Counted from the first letter of the stretch, positions 1 through 9,679 are shown. The stretch: 64,000 nucleotides of DNA from Kiritimatiellia bacterium (GCA_033812795.1 JAPXSY010000006.1:16755-80754); one strand, 5' to 3'. Notes: generated from the letters alone by a model not told the origin. Numbers and translations are program-made.

Positions 1-398
1 ATGTCCAACGGCGCGTTCAGGTCACTGCCGGATGTTGTAAAAGCAATTTTCATGATTCCTCCTTTCCCGCAGGCGCGCCTTCAAAGCGCGCCCACCCCGG
101 CCGGCCCGTGGCGAAAAACATGTTCCTGCATCTGCGGCCTCCGCCACCCCAGTTACCGCGTCCGCGGCCAAAGCCGCAGAAGCGTCCGCCCGCCATAATG
201 TTTCCTGCCGCGCCGCCGCCTGCGCAATATCCGGCTCCGCGTCCGGTCATCGGTCCCATTCCCAAGGGTCCCATTCTGTTTCCACCCGGCATAGTGTACC
301 TCCTTTTTTGTCTTTTACTAATTCCGCCACGGCGTGCCGTGGGGCTATAAAAAAACCTCCGTGCCTTCTGTGAGAGACCTCCACGGCCCCCGCCAAAC

Positions 399-452
399 AA
401 ACTAACGCACTAATGCACTAACGCACTAATGCACTAATTAACTAATGCACTG
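399..452. repeat. Tandem 8-mer repeat (ACTAAYGC) with about 6.5 copies. It overlaps the stop codon of the NifX-like gene.
   Basis: Read directly from the sequence: actaacgc/actaatgc alternate from 401 to 450. The sequence is AT-richer than the flanks. Confidence 0.85.
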
Positions 453-877
453 CTCCCTGCCCCTCCTCTGCCTAAACCTCTGCCTAAGCCTCTGCCCGCG
501 CCTCTGCCGCCGCCTGAGCAGGCGCGCCGCATCCGCCGCCGCCCGCAACAGCCTGGCATCGCGAAGACCGCACTGTTCAACAAACCGCTAAGCGCGGCTG
601 ATATGACCTGCCTGACCTCTCCAGTCACGAAGGCCTCGGTCTGTATGCCCGCCGCGATGATCATCTCATGCAGCGGACGCGAGACCGCGCCGCATACCAG
701 ACGCTTTACGCCTTGCGACTGCAGCCATGCGATATCCTCGGCCGGGGTGCGCCCTTCCAGTTTGTGCAGGCTTTCGCCGCAGATCTCCTGCCCCCGCGAC
801 TCGACGATCAGGATGTCCCTGGCCGTGTCAAAAACCGGCGCGATACGGGTTCCGTAAATGGAGTATGCTGTTTTCAC
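434..877 (-). CDS. NifB/NifX-like dinitrogenase FeMo-cofactor-binding domain protein. Its low-complexity Gly/Arg C-terminal tail is encoded by tandem repeats.
   Basis: The 147-aa ORF reads MKTAYSIYGTRIAPVFDTARDILIVESRGQEI...VKRLVCGAVSRPLHEMIIAAGIQ, which is typical of the small NifX/NafY-fold family. The start appears to be GTG. A sigma-54 promoter lies immediately upstream. Confidence 0.6.
   Translation of the reverse strand: MKTAYSIYGTRIAPVFDTARDILIVESRGQEICGESLHKLEGRTPAEDIAWLQSQGVKRLVCGAVSRPLHEMIIAAGIQTEAFVTGEVRQVISAALSGLLNSAVFAMPGCCGRRRMRRACSGGGRGAGRGLGRGLGRGGAGSSALVN
462..515. repeat. Tandem 12-mer repeat (CCTCTGCCNNNN) with 4 copies. It encodes a (GRGL)n tail on the minus strand.
   Basis: The units are cctctgcctaaa, cctctgcctaag, cctctgcccgcg and cctctgccgccg. 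They translate as GRGAGRGLGRGLGRG at the C-terminus of ORF 434..877. Confidence 0.8.
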
Positions 878-889
878 GCCTTAAATATA

Positions 890-905
890 TGCAATCCGCG
901 TGCCA
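890..905 (-). promoter_or_regulatory. Sigma-54 (RpoN) -24/-12 promoter
   Basis: The minus strand reads TGGCACG-CGGA-TTGCA, a perfect match to TGGCACG-N4-TTGCW. It is directly upstream of the NifX-like gene and directly downstream of a sigma-54 activator gene. Confidence 0.6.
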
Positions 906-1256
906 AGTGGCATCGGCTAGGTTATATCGATGTAACCATCTGTCCAGCAATCAGTTATGACATCATCGGAGGCGAGGCGTGAATTTTCACTAGTTGCATT
1001 TATGCTACTTTACCACAAAATTGGGTCGCACTTATGCTACCATTCTGAAGCGCTTGATCCATAAGGATAAAACCGGGAGAAGCAAGCGTCTGCTTGCCCG
1101 GACGAACAGACGCTCGTCCCAGAAAAATTCCGAACTCCGCGCCTAGCGCGGTGAAGCACGCTCTATTCTCTCCCCTATTTTCTCTCTCAATGTTCAAATA
1201 CGATCCCGATCCCGATAGCGATAAAACCCGAAACCAAAAACAAAGCGGGTAACGGA

Positions 1257-2624
1257 TCAGATGCCTTCAAGTCCCAACGCCTTGATCTTACGGAAGAGCG
1301 TGGTCTTGTGTATGCCCAGCGCGCGGGCGGCGGCCTGGCGGTTCCCGTTGCTGCGCTCTAAAGCGAGACGTATGGCCTGCGCCTCGGCGATGGCGCGGGT
1401 GTCCTTGATATGACCGCTGGCTGCGGCCTGTGTCCGTGTCATCTTTGCGCGCGTCAGGTTCTCGGGCAGGTGTTGCAAACCGATGTTTTCCGCGCCGCAG
1501 AGGATGAAGGCGCGTTCGATCACGTTTTCCAACTCGCGCACGTTACCCGGCCAGTCGTGCGCCATCAGCAACGACAGCGCCTTGGCTGAGATACCTGTCA
1601 CACGCTTGCTCTGCAGGCGGTTGAAACGGCGGATGAATTCGTCCACCAGCATCGGAATGTCTTCTTTGCGTTTGCGCAGCGGCGGCAGTTCCACACGCAC
1701 CACGTTGATGCGGTAATAAAGATCCTCGCGGAACGCGCCGTCGCGGCAGAGCTGCTGCAAGTCGCGGTTGGTCGCCACGACCACGCGCACATCGGCTTTC
1801 TCGGAACGGGTGGCCCCCAGCGGCTCGTAGACCCGCTCCTGCAAAACCCGCAGCAGTCGCACCTGCAACGCAGGACTGATCTCGCCGATCTCGTCGAGAA
1901 AGAGCGTGCCGCCCTTGGCCAGCGCGAAGCGTCCGGGCTTGTTCCGTGTCGCGCCGGTGAAAGCCCCGGCCTTGTATCCGAACAACTCCGACTCCAACAA
2001 GGTGTCGGGCAGCGCGCCGCAGTTGACCGCCACGAACGGCGCCTGGGCGCGCGGACTCAGCGTGTGCAGCGTCCGGGCGACCAGCTCTTTGCCGGTACCG
2101 GTCTCGCCCTGCACCAGCACCGTGCTCGGACTGGCGGCGATCGCGGGCAACACCTCAAACAGGCGCTGCATCACCGGACTGCGGCTGACCAGATCGCCGA
2201 CCTGAAACCGGCCCTCCAGCTCGCGCCGCAGGGCATCCACCTCGGAAAGATCGCGGAACACCTCCGCGCCGCCAATGACCCGACCCGCATGATCCTTCAG
2301 CACCGCGGTGGAGATGCTGATCGGAATGCGATCCCCTTCGGCGTTGATGATGTATCCCGAGCGGCCGATCACCGGCCGACCGGTCTTCAAGGTCGTTTGT
2401 AACGCGCATTCGGGCCCGCACATGTTGGAACGGAAGACGTCCGCGCATCGACGGCCGATCGCCTCTTTCCGCGGCACCCCTGTAATGGTCTCGGCCGCCC
2501 GGTTAAACGAGGTGACGCGCCACGCCGCATCGACCGTGAAGACGCCATCCGAGATGCTTTCCAGAATGGCGCGTGTGCCCATGTCGCCGTCTGTCTGCCG
2601 TATCTGGGACCGACCCATGCCCAC
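1257..2624 (-). CDS. Sigma-54-dependent transcriptional activator with a PAS sensor domain, a sigma-54 interaction AAA+ domain, and a C-terminal Fis-type helix-turn-helix
   Basis: PAS region: ESISDGVFTVDAAWRVTSFNRAAETITG. Walker A: GETGTGKELVARTLH. GAFTGA motif: GYKAGAFTGA. C-terminal helix-turn-helix: AAARALGIHKTTLFRKIKALGL. Confidence 0.85.
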   Translation of the reverse strand: MGMGRSQIRQTDGDMGTRAILESISDGVFTVDAAWRVTSFNRAAETITGVPRKEAIGRRCADVFRSNMCGPECALQTTLKTGRPVIGRSGYIINAEGDRIPISISTAVLKDHAGRVIGGAEVFRDLSEVDALRRELEGRFQVGDLVSRSPVMQRLFEVLPAIAASPSTVLVQGETGTGKELVARTLHTLSPRAQAPFVAVNCGALPDTLLESELFGYKAGAFTGATRNKPGRFALAKGGTLFLDEIGEISPALQVRLLRVLQERVYEPLGATRSEKADVRVVVATNRDLQQLCRDGAFREDLYYRINVVRVELPPLRKRKEDIPMLVDEFIRRFNRLQSKRVTGISAKALSLLMAHDWPGNVRELENVIERAFILCGAENIGLQHLPENLTRAKMTRTQAAASGHIKDTRAIAEAQAIRLALERSNGNRQAAARALGIHKTTLFRKIKALGLEGI

Positions 2625-2646
2625 ACCCTTCCCGTCTGATTCCGGC

Positions 2647-3399
2647 CTATTTTTCCGGTTCGATTGCGTATCCGAGCGTCACGACCGCTTTGGCCGTTTT
2701 CTCGATCGTCGACGTGTCGTACGCGCCGTATCCGGACGTGTCCGTGGAGTGGCGTTCGGTTATCTGAAAAACCCCCTGTTGCGCGGAGATCAAGCTCCCG
2801 ACCCTGCCCTTGCTGTTGGCGGCAAGGGCCACCGCACGCCGATACCCGTCTGATGTCGCTTCGGCGAGAAGCGCCAGTTTCGTATCCTTCAGGTCGGAGA
2901 TGTAGAACTCGGGGCTCCCGGCCCGGATTTCGATCCCGTCCTTGATCAATTCGGTGATTCCGTTCGAAACGTCGCGGATCAGCCGGACATTGCCGGACGT
3001 GACGGTGAAGGTCTGCGTGGCGTCGAAATACTCGGTTTCATTGGTTTCCTTCCCCTGCGCATCCCGTTTGGGAATCTTCTCGGTCTGAATGGTTCCCGCA
3101 ACCAGCTCCGTCTCGCCAAAGCCTGACCGCTTGAGGTACGCCATGACCGCATTCCTGCTTTCCCGCAGTTTGTCGTAGGACTCCTTCAGACTGGAACCCC
3201 TGACCGTGCATGTGGCGGTGAACTTCCCGACGTCGGACGTAATATCCTTTTCCGCGTACCCCTTAACCGTAATGGTCTGTTCGTGCCGAATCCGGACGAA
3301 CAGTTTGGACAACAGGGAAGAGGAAAGAATCATCCCCAAAGCCAGGATCACCGCAACCGCAGATATTTTGACAACGCTATTCATTCGTCTCTCCGTCAA
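2647..3399 (-). CDS. SIMPL/DUF541-family periplasmic protein
   Basis: 250 aa with a signal-anchor at the N-terminus (VVKISAVAVILALGMIL). The fold resembles the 26-kDa periplasmic SIMPL proteins. There is a 4-nt overlap with lysS, which suggests an operon. Confidence 0.45.
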   Translation of the reverse strand: MTERRMNSVVKISAVAVILALGMILSSSLLSKLFVRIRHEQTITVKGYAEKDITSDVGKFTATCTVRGSSLKESYDKLRESRNAVMAYLKRSGFGETELVAGTIQTEKIPKRDAQGKETNETEYFDATQTFTVTSGNVRLIRDVSNGITELIKDGIEIRAGSPEFYISDLKDTKLALLAEATSDGYRRAVALAANSKGRVGSLISAQQGVFQITERHSTDTSGYGAYDTSTIEKTAKAVVTLGYAIEPEK

Positions 3400-4874
3400 C
3401 CCTGTTTTTTCATCTGGGGGAAGAGGATCACATCCCGGATCACTTCGGTTCCGGTGAGCATCATAACCAGCCGGTCGACCCCCATGCCCAACCCTCCGGT
3501 CGGAGGCATGCCGTGCTCCAACGCCGTGATGAAATCCTCATCGATTTTTTCGGGGTTATCCCCCGCCTGATCAGCCAGCGCCGCGCGCTGCGCCATGGGA
3601 TCGTTCTGTTCGGTATAACCCGGACAAAGCTCTTTGCCAGCCACCACGAACTCGAAGACGTCCGCCAACTCGGGATCGTCCGCGCAGGTTTTGGCCAGAG
3701 GCACGAACTGGCGCGGGATGCGCGTCACGAACGTGGGCTGACGCAGCATTTTCTCGACCACTTTGCCGTAGACCTCATGCGTGACCATCAGATGGTTCCA
3801 CGACGGGTCGATGTCCACCCCCTTCGCCTCAGCACGCGCCCGCGCCTCGTCCACCGGCAGATCAAACCAGTCCGGCCCCATCACCTCCCTCACCGCGTCC
3901 CGATACGCGATCTCGCGGTAGGGCGGAGTGAAGTCCAGCATCTCCTTGGCTTCACCGTACGCCACCTGCAGCGTGCCGAGCACCTTTTCGCACAGGTGCG
4001 GCATGAGTCCTTCAATGAGGTTCTTCATGGAGGAACGGTCGCCGTAGGCCTCGTAGACCTCCAGCACGGTGAACTCCGGATTGTGTGTGCGGTCGATCCC
4101 CTCGTTCCGGAAATCTTTGCCCAACTCGAAGATGCGGTCGTATCCGCCGACAATCAACCGCTTCAAATACAACTCAGGCGCGATACGCATCACCATCTCG
4201 GTGTCCAGCGCGTTGTGATGCGTGACGAACGGTTTGGCAGCCGCACCCCCCGCCTGCGGCTGCATGATCGGCGTCTCGACCTCGATGAACCCGCGCGCGT
4301 GCAGGAAAGCGCGGATCTCCGCCAGAATCGCGCTCCGCTTATCGAACCGGGCACGCGACTCGGGATTCATCATCAGATCCAGATAACGTTTGCGGTAACG
4401 CTCTTCGACATCCTGCAACCCGTGGAACTTCTCGGGCGGTTGCAGGATCGCCTTGCCCAGCAGAACCCACGTGTGGACCTCAAGGGTCGGCTCACCGGTA
4501 CGCGTCGTGAAGAGGCGACCCTCGACACCAATGAAATCCCCCAGATCGAGATAGGCGAACGCATCGAACTGTTCCGGGGTCAACCGATCCTTCTTGACGA
4601 AAATCTGAAAATTGCCGGTGCCGTCGCTGAACGTTGCGAACGAGGCCTTGCCCATGCGCCGGATGGTCATCAGGCGACCGGCCGCCCGCACCACGCGATC
4701 CTCCGTAAACGTGGAGCGGATTTCCGAAAGGCGCGTGCGCTCAAACGCCTGCCCGTAGGGCGCAAACCCCCGCTCCTCCAGACTGCGCAGATTAGCGATG
4801 CGCTGTGCGCGATACTCGTTTCCCGACTGCGGCTGCTCCTCTGACATCTCGACCGTCCCTTTCCTTTCAACCAT
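3396..4874 (-). CDS. lysS: Lysine--tRNA ligase (class II)
   Basis: 492 aa. It has an OB-fold N-terminus and a class-II core ending in GGLGMGVDRLVMMLTGTEVIRDVILFPQMK. Confidence 0.9.
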   Translation of the reverse strand: MVERKGTVEMSEEQPQSGNEYRAQRIANLRSLEERGFAPYGQAFERTRLSEIRSTFTEDRVVRAAGRLMTIRRMGKASFATFSDGTGNFQIFVKKDRLTPEQFDAFAYLDLGDFIGVEGRLFTTRTGEPTLEVHTWVLLGKAILQPPEKFHGLQDVEERYRKRYLDLMMNPESRARFDKRSAILAEIRAFLHARGFIEVETPIMQPQAGGAAAKPFVTHHNALDTEMVMRIAPELYLKRLIVGGYDRIFELGKDFRNEGIDRTHNPEFTVLEVYEAYGDRSSMKNLIEGLMPHLCEKVLGTLQVAYGEAKEMLDFTPPYREIAYRDAVREVMGPDWFDLPVDEARARAEAKGVDIDPSWNHLMVTHEVYGKVVEKMLRQPTFVTRIPRQFVPLAKTCADDPELADVFEFVVAGKELCPGYTEQNDPMAQRAALADQAGDNPEKIDEDFITALEHGMPPTGGLGMGVDRLVMMLTGTEVIRDVILFPQMKKQG

Positions 4875-4910
4875 GCGCGGCAGTGTATCACACCTTCGGG
4901 AGCCCTGCCA

Positions 4911-7322
4911 CTACTCGCGTTCCCAATACGCCGCCTCGTTGGTGGCCAACCGTCCCGCCTCCATCTGGCGCAACACGCGCTCGGAATCGATCCGGCGCGG
5001 AATGCCGGGCAGGCACGCGTCCGCGGCAGGCTTGGAGGAGCGCGGCCCCTCCCCTTCCTTCATGCGAACGCCGCGTGCCGCGGGAACCGCAACGGATGCC
5101 GCGCCCCCGCCACCGCCGGGCACCTCTTCCGGCCGCGCTTGCGCAAGTTCGCGCCATTGAGCCACGCAAACCGCGCAAGCCAGCATCAGCGCCGTGCCGG
5201 CACTCAGCCGGGCCGCGCGACTGCCGCCGAACGCCAGACAGACCGCGAAGCCGAGCGCCAAAGCCGCAAAAGTGCCAATCGTCCGCTCCAACCCGGCGAG
5301 CGGCACCAATACCAGAAAGAACATCCCCGCCGCCGCCGCACCCAACGCATCGGCCAGAACAAAGACCGCGGCGCGATTCTCCGGTCCTTCCCCGCAGCAC
5401 GCCCACGCCACGGGTAGCGCGCCTCCGGCCGCGACCCCGATCGGAAAACAGAGCAGCAGGGTTACATAAGCGGTGGCGGCGCGTTCCGCGCCAGCCGACA
5501 TCGCGAAGGCACATCCCGCCAGCAGCACGGTCAAGGCCGACGGTAACGCAGCCGTGACAACGGGACGCTCCGGCATGGCGCGCATCCCCCCTTCGGCCAA
5601 ACGGTTGCCGCAAAAAAGCCCTGCCAGATACAGGCAGCTCCCGGCACCCGCTAACAGGTAGAGCGAACCGAAACGCATCTCGAGCCGGCTCAGCACCGTG
5701 AGCGACGCGGTCAGCCCCAAAGCGCCGCACGCCGCGAGCCATGCGGCCACCATCCGGCGCGGCGCGGTCTGGGCGCGCCCCACGACCACCGGCACGGTCC
5801 AGAGGATCAGCAGCAGATAGGCTGTCAGACGGACACCCTCGGGCCGCAGCAACCGCAGGAAAACGGATCCCGCCGCAGTTTCGGGATACGTGCGGCTCAA
5901 GGCGTCAGCCAAGCCGTAGGCCAACGTCGTTTCCGGCGCGGACATCTCCGGCGGGGCCAGAGGGGGGTCCGTGGCAAGCCACGCAGGCCATCGCGTTCGC
6001 CATGCTTCCGCGCGCGCGGGATCATAGAGCAGGCGCACTGCCTCGGCCGGATAGTGCGCACTCTTGAGCAGGGCGAAACGACGTACCGCGTCTTCCGCTC
6101 CATACGCCAATCCCGGCACCTGCGCAGCCACCCACCACCCCCCGGCACCGGCCGCAAGCGCGCCGCTTTCCGGCCAGACCTGCCGGATCCGCCGGACAAA
6201 GCGCTCCAGCAACGCGCCCTGTTCATGCGTCACGACGGCGCTTGTGCAATCGAGCCCGAACAACGCAACGCCGGTACGCCGCGTCACCTGCCGCACCGCA
6301 CACAGAAAGGCCGTCTCGCGCCATACCGCGCCGGCCAGAGACGTGGCGGCGGGCGGCCACACCAACACCGCATCAAAAAGAGGCGATGCGGGATCAGCCA
6401 GATAACGCCGCGGCGTGACACCGGCCGCGCGGATACGGGTTGCCATACCCGCCGCCTTCACGCTTTTCAGCAACCCGACACCATAGCCAGGGTCCGCCGG
6501 GCACCACACGATTTCCAGATCCGGACGCAGCGACTCCAGCGCGAGTCCCGTTGCCAGCGACACCTCGCCCAGCAACAGCACCGTGCGGGCGTAAGGGCGC
6601 TGCGACAACAGCAGGGCGGCCCATCCCATTGCGTGGTCGGTTTCCGGAATCACCTCCCGGACCCCGCCAGAGGAGAGGGCATAGAAGGTGCCGCGGTGTT
6701 TCCCGTAGAACGTCGTACCGCCGCCTGTCTCAAACCGTCCGGACGGCGCGGTGCCGTCGGGGAAGGCGCGCCGCCACTCCGCAAGGTCGCGCGGGTCCGG
6801 CGTGATCCCCAAGGCCAGCAAGCCAGTCACGGCAAGACCTCCCAGCGCAGCGCCGAGCGCCTCCCAGGCAAAGGCCCGGCTCACCGGGGATCCGTCGCGC
6901 GCCAACCGGACCGCCACCGCAGGCAACACAAACCCGGAGACGAAGCAAAAAGGGAAGTTCGCCACAAAGCAACCCGCCGCAAGCCTCGCCAAGGGGAAGG
7001 CCTGATAATCGGGAACCCCCAACCACGCGCGCAAATTTCCGATCAGCGCGTATTGGACAAAATAGAGCGCGATGCCCGCAGACAACGGCAGCCAGAGGCG
7101 GTCGGCCAATATCCCCGTAATCCGGCGGCCCATACGCGTCGCAGCGACTGCGGCACCCAGCCCGGTCCAACCGAGCCAGCAGGCGAGAAACAAGGCCACC
7201 CCGCTTTCGGTCGCCGCAAACCGCCAGAGGAAACGCCGCAACAGCAACGTCTGCGCCACCATGGCGACAGCGCCAAAAACCGCTGCCGTAGCCAGTATCG
7301 AAAATGAACGAAGCTTCCTCAC
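4911..7322 (-). CDS. Polytopic membrane protein of about 800 aa with a degenerate spermidine-synthase-like/methyltransferase-like soluble domain
   Basis: There are many hydrophobic helices in the N- and C-terminal thirds. The central region (VLLLGEVSLATGLALESLRPDLEIVWCPADPGY) weakly resembles the spermidine synthase fold. The function is not supported. Confidence 0.4.
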   Translation of the reverse strand: MRKLRSFSILATAAVFGAVAMVAQTLLLRRFLWRFAATESGVALFLACWLGWTGLGAAVAATRMGRRITGILADRLWLPLSAGIALYFVQYALIGNLRAWLGVPDYQAFPLARLAAGCFVANFPFCFVSGFVLPAVAVRLARDGSPVSRAFAWEALGAALGGLAVTGLLALGITPDPRDLAEWRRAFPDGTAPSGRFETGGGTTFYGKHRGTFYALSSGGVREVIPETDHAMGWAALLLSQRPYARTVLLLGEVSLATGLALESLRPDLEIVWCPADPGYGVGLLKSVKAAGMATRIRAAGVTPRRYLADPASPLFDAVLVWPPAATSLAGAVWRETAFLCAVRQVTRRTGVALFGLDCTSAVVTHEQGALLERFVRRIRQVWPESGALAAGAGGWWVAAQVPGLAYGAEDAVRRFALLKSAHYPAEAVRLLYDPARAEAWRTRWPAWLATDPPLAPPEMSAPETTLAYGLADALSRTYPETAAGSVFLRLLRPEGVRLTAYLLLILWTVPVVVGRAQTAPRRMVAAWLAACGALGLTASLTVLSRLEMRFGSLYLLAGAGSCLYLAGLFCGNRLAEGGMRAMPERPVVTAALPSALTVLLAGCAFAMSAGAERAATAYVTLLLCFPIGVAAGGALPVAWACCGEGPENRAAVFVLADALGAAAAGMFFLVLVPLAGLERTIGTFAALALGFAVCLAFGGSRAARLSAGTALMLACAVCVAQWRELAQARPEEVPGGGGGAASVAVPAARGVRMKEGEGPRSSKPAADACLPGIPRRIDSERVLRQMEAGRLATNEAAYWERE

Positions 7323-7433
7323 CCTTCATACCCTCTATGCCGTGAACATTGAGCGTTCGTTCCGCCTTTGGGAGGGACGCCCGCGCTCCAGACTCCGCAC
7401 CGCATATTCCCCGCCCTCTTCACGATTCACGAC

Positions 7434-8837
7434 TCAAACATCCTCAAACTTTTGTCCCGGCTGCGGCGCCACCACGTTCTCTACCCCGCGCGCCCGGACC
7501 AACTCGATCATGGCCTGGACTTTTTCCGGTTCGCCGTGGACCGCGAACACCCGCTTCAGACGCTTGCCGCGGACCGCGTCGAACCACCGCATCAGAGCCG
7601 TACGGTCCGCATGCGCAGACAGTGCGTTGATCGTGTGGACGCGCGCGTTCAGTTCAAACTCATCCCCCAGAATCTTTAACGGCGAACGGCGTTCGACGAT
7701 CCGGCGGCCCAGAGTGTTTTCCGCCTGAAACCCGACGATCAGAATGATGTTGCGCGGATCGCCCACGCCCTGTCTGAGATGGTGGAGAATACGTCCGCCC
7801 TCGCACATGCCGGACGCGGCGATGATGATCATCGGCCCCGGCCGGTCGTTCAACGCTTTCGACTGATCGGGCGTCTCCACAAACTGCAAGCCCGGAAAGC
7901 GCAGCGGGTCGATCCCCTGCCGCAACAGATCAGAGGCCTCCTCGTCGTAGCACTCACGGTGCCGGGCATAGACCTGGGTGGCCTTCAGCGAGAGCGGACT
8001 GTCCACATACACCGGCGTGAGCGGCATGCGCCGCTGTTCGATCAGCCGGTTCAACTCGTAGAGCAGATGCTGGGTACGTCCCACACTGAACGCCGGAATG
8101 ATGAGTCTGGCTTTCTGCTGGTGGATATCCTCAACGAATCCTTTGAGCCGACCCGAAACGTCCTCTCGCGCAGGGTGGTCCCGGTCCGCATATGTGCTTT
8201 CAATCAGAATCGTGTCCGCGCCCTGCGGAAAATCGTAATCGCGCAGAATCGGTCGGTCGGGCTGGCCCAGATCGCCGGTGAACAACAGCCGCCGCGACGT
8301 CCCGCCGCGCGTCTTCACATCCAACTGCACGAGCGCAGAGCCGAGAATGTGTCCGGCGTTGTGCAACAACAAGGAGATTCCGTCCCCCAGATCGACCAGC
8401 CGTTTGAGCGGTTCCGGTTCGAAGCGGGAGAGGATGTGGTCCACATCCTCCTGCTCATACAGCGGCTCGAACAGAACCTTGCCTTGCTGCGCACGTTTTT
8501 TGTTCACGTATTCCAGATCGCGCTGTTGGAGGTACGCGGAGTCGCGCAGCATGATGTCGCACAGGTCGCGCGTGGCTGGCGTGCAGTACACCTTACCCCG
8601 GAACCCGTGCCGCGCCAGAGTCGGCAGGTTACCGCTATGATCGATATGGGCGTGCGACAGGACCACGGCGTCCAGCGTCCGGGGATCGATCGGCATGTTG
8701 CGGTTCTTTTCAAACGCCTCTTTCCGGTGTCCTTGGAAGAGACCGCAATCCAGCAGAATCCGCTTCCCGTTCGCCTCCACCAGATGCATCGAACCCGTGG
8801 TCGTTTGCGCCGCGCCGAAGAATGTGAGTTTCATCAT
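7434..8837 (-). CDS. Metallo-beta-lactamase-fold / beta-CASP RNA-metabolising hydrolase of the RNase J/CPSF type
   Basis: Motif II HxHxDH occurs as VVLSHAHIDHSGNLP after LDCGLFQGHRKEAF. Beta-CASP and RMMBL-like segments are present. The start is placed at MMKLTFFGAAQ. Confidence 0.75.
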   Translation of the reverse strand: MMKLTFFGAAQTTTGSMHLVEANGKRILLDCGLFQGHRKEAFEKNRNMPIDPRTLDAVVLSHAHIDHSGNLPTLARHGFRGKVYCTPATRDLCDIMLRDSAYLQQRDLEYVNKKRAQQGKVLFEPLYEQEDVDHILSRFEPEPLKRLVDLGDGISLLLHNAGHILGSALVQLDVKTRGGTSRRLLFTGDLGQPDRPILRDYDFPQGADTILIESTYADRDHPAREDVSGRLKGFVEDIHQQKARLIIPAFSVGRTQHLLYELNRLIEQRRMPLTPVYVDSPLSLKATQVYARHRECYDEEASDLLRQGIDPLRFPGLQFVETPDQSKALNDRPGPMIIIAASGMCEGGRILHHLRQGVGDPRNIILIVGFQAENTLGRRIVERRSPLKILGDEFELNARVHTINALSAHADRTALMRWFDAVRGKRLKRVFAVHGEPEKVQAMIELVRARGVENVVAPQPGQKFEDV

Positions 8838-9177
8838 CCCGCTTCCTTTAACTGATGGTTCTGATCCGGGACCAGTATATACCCATCCCGTCATTCAATC
8901 CAGCGCAACGCGAGAATAACAGGAACGCCGAACGCCGGTATGGCACGGGCATCTTGCCCGTGTTTCATGGGCGGGACACCCATGCCGCAAAATTCTTCGA
9001 TCCATGCCCCCAAAAAATCTTCGTGTTCTTCGCGTCTTACCGCCGTCATCCCGCGGCCCCAGCGCACCAAACGTCCCGCATCTCTCATCACGCACCCTTT
9101 CAACGCGGGCTTCTCCCGCAACCTGATCGGCACAACCTGTTTGGAATCGGCAGGGCGTACGGTCTCAGGCGCAGAGT

Positions 9178-9636
9178 TCAGAACAGGTCATCGTCCTCCT
9201 CATCCGCACCGCCGAAACCGCCATCCCCCTCTTCGTCGAAATCCGCGCCGTACAGCACATCCTCCCCCCCGTCCTCTTCCTCCTCTTCGACAGCGAAGAG
9301 CCGACTGCGAAGCGCACCGGAACCCTCTTCCGTGACGTTGAACCGGCAGTCGAACTCATCGCAGGCGGAACAGGCCCTGGGCGTGAACGCCGCAGCCGAG
9401 ATTTCGCCGTCCAACACCAGCGGACAGGTTCGCGCGGTCGGCCCCGCGACCGCGCCGGTCGATGGTGCCGCAGGCCTCTCGACGGCAACGGGCGGACGCA
9501 CACCCGCAGCGGAAACCGGTTGCGGCGCGGCCTTACGGGGTTCCGGTTTCGCGGCGGCCCGCGCCGCAGTTGCAGCCGTTTTTTTCCCGGCCGGTTTCAC
9601 AGATGTCCGTTTGACGGATCGTTTGCTCGTCGCCAT
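9178..9636 (-). CDS. Hypothetical protein with a histone-H1-like Lys/Ala/Pro-rich N-terminus, a Cys cluster, and a poly-acidic C-terminus
   Basis: N-terminus: MATSKRSVKRTSVKPAGKKTAATAARAAAKPEPRKAAPQP. Cys cluster: CPLVLDGE...ACSACDEFDC. C-terminus: EEEEEDGGEDVLYGADFDEEGDGGFGGADEEDDDLF. It lies immediately downstream of ileS and overlaps it. Confidence 0.45.
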   Translation of the reverse strand: MATSKRSVKRTSVKPAGKKTAATAARAAAKPEPRKAAPQPVSAAGVRPPVAVERPAAPSTGAVAGPTARTCPLVLDGEISAAAFTPRACSACDEFDCRFNVTEEGSGALRSRLFAVEEEEEDGGEDVLYGADFDEEGDGGFGGADEEDDDLF

Positions 9637-9679
9637 ATCAGGAATCCTGCCTTTCCGCGGGTTCAGCCCCGCAACAGCG

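Noticed and set aside
1-400. Pro-rich (108..350 +) and Gly-rich (50..400 -) ORFs at the window edge
   Set aside because: They are low-complexity, mutually antisense, and have no motifs. They are probably non-coding, or the edge of a gene that cannot be evaluated.
3513-4844. Long antisense ORFs opposite real genes. Examples are 3513..4844(+), 8855..10477(+), 11270..12958(+), 17382..19430(+), 28314..30140(+), 34194..36986(+), 37202..39154(+), 39221..41011(+), 54698..56167(-) and 57507..58949(-).
   Set aside because: They are shadow ORFs, typical of 65% GC DNA. Their products are Arg/Pro/His-rich low-complexity sequences with no motifs. Each lies opposite a clearly conserved gene.
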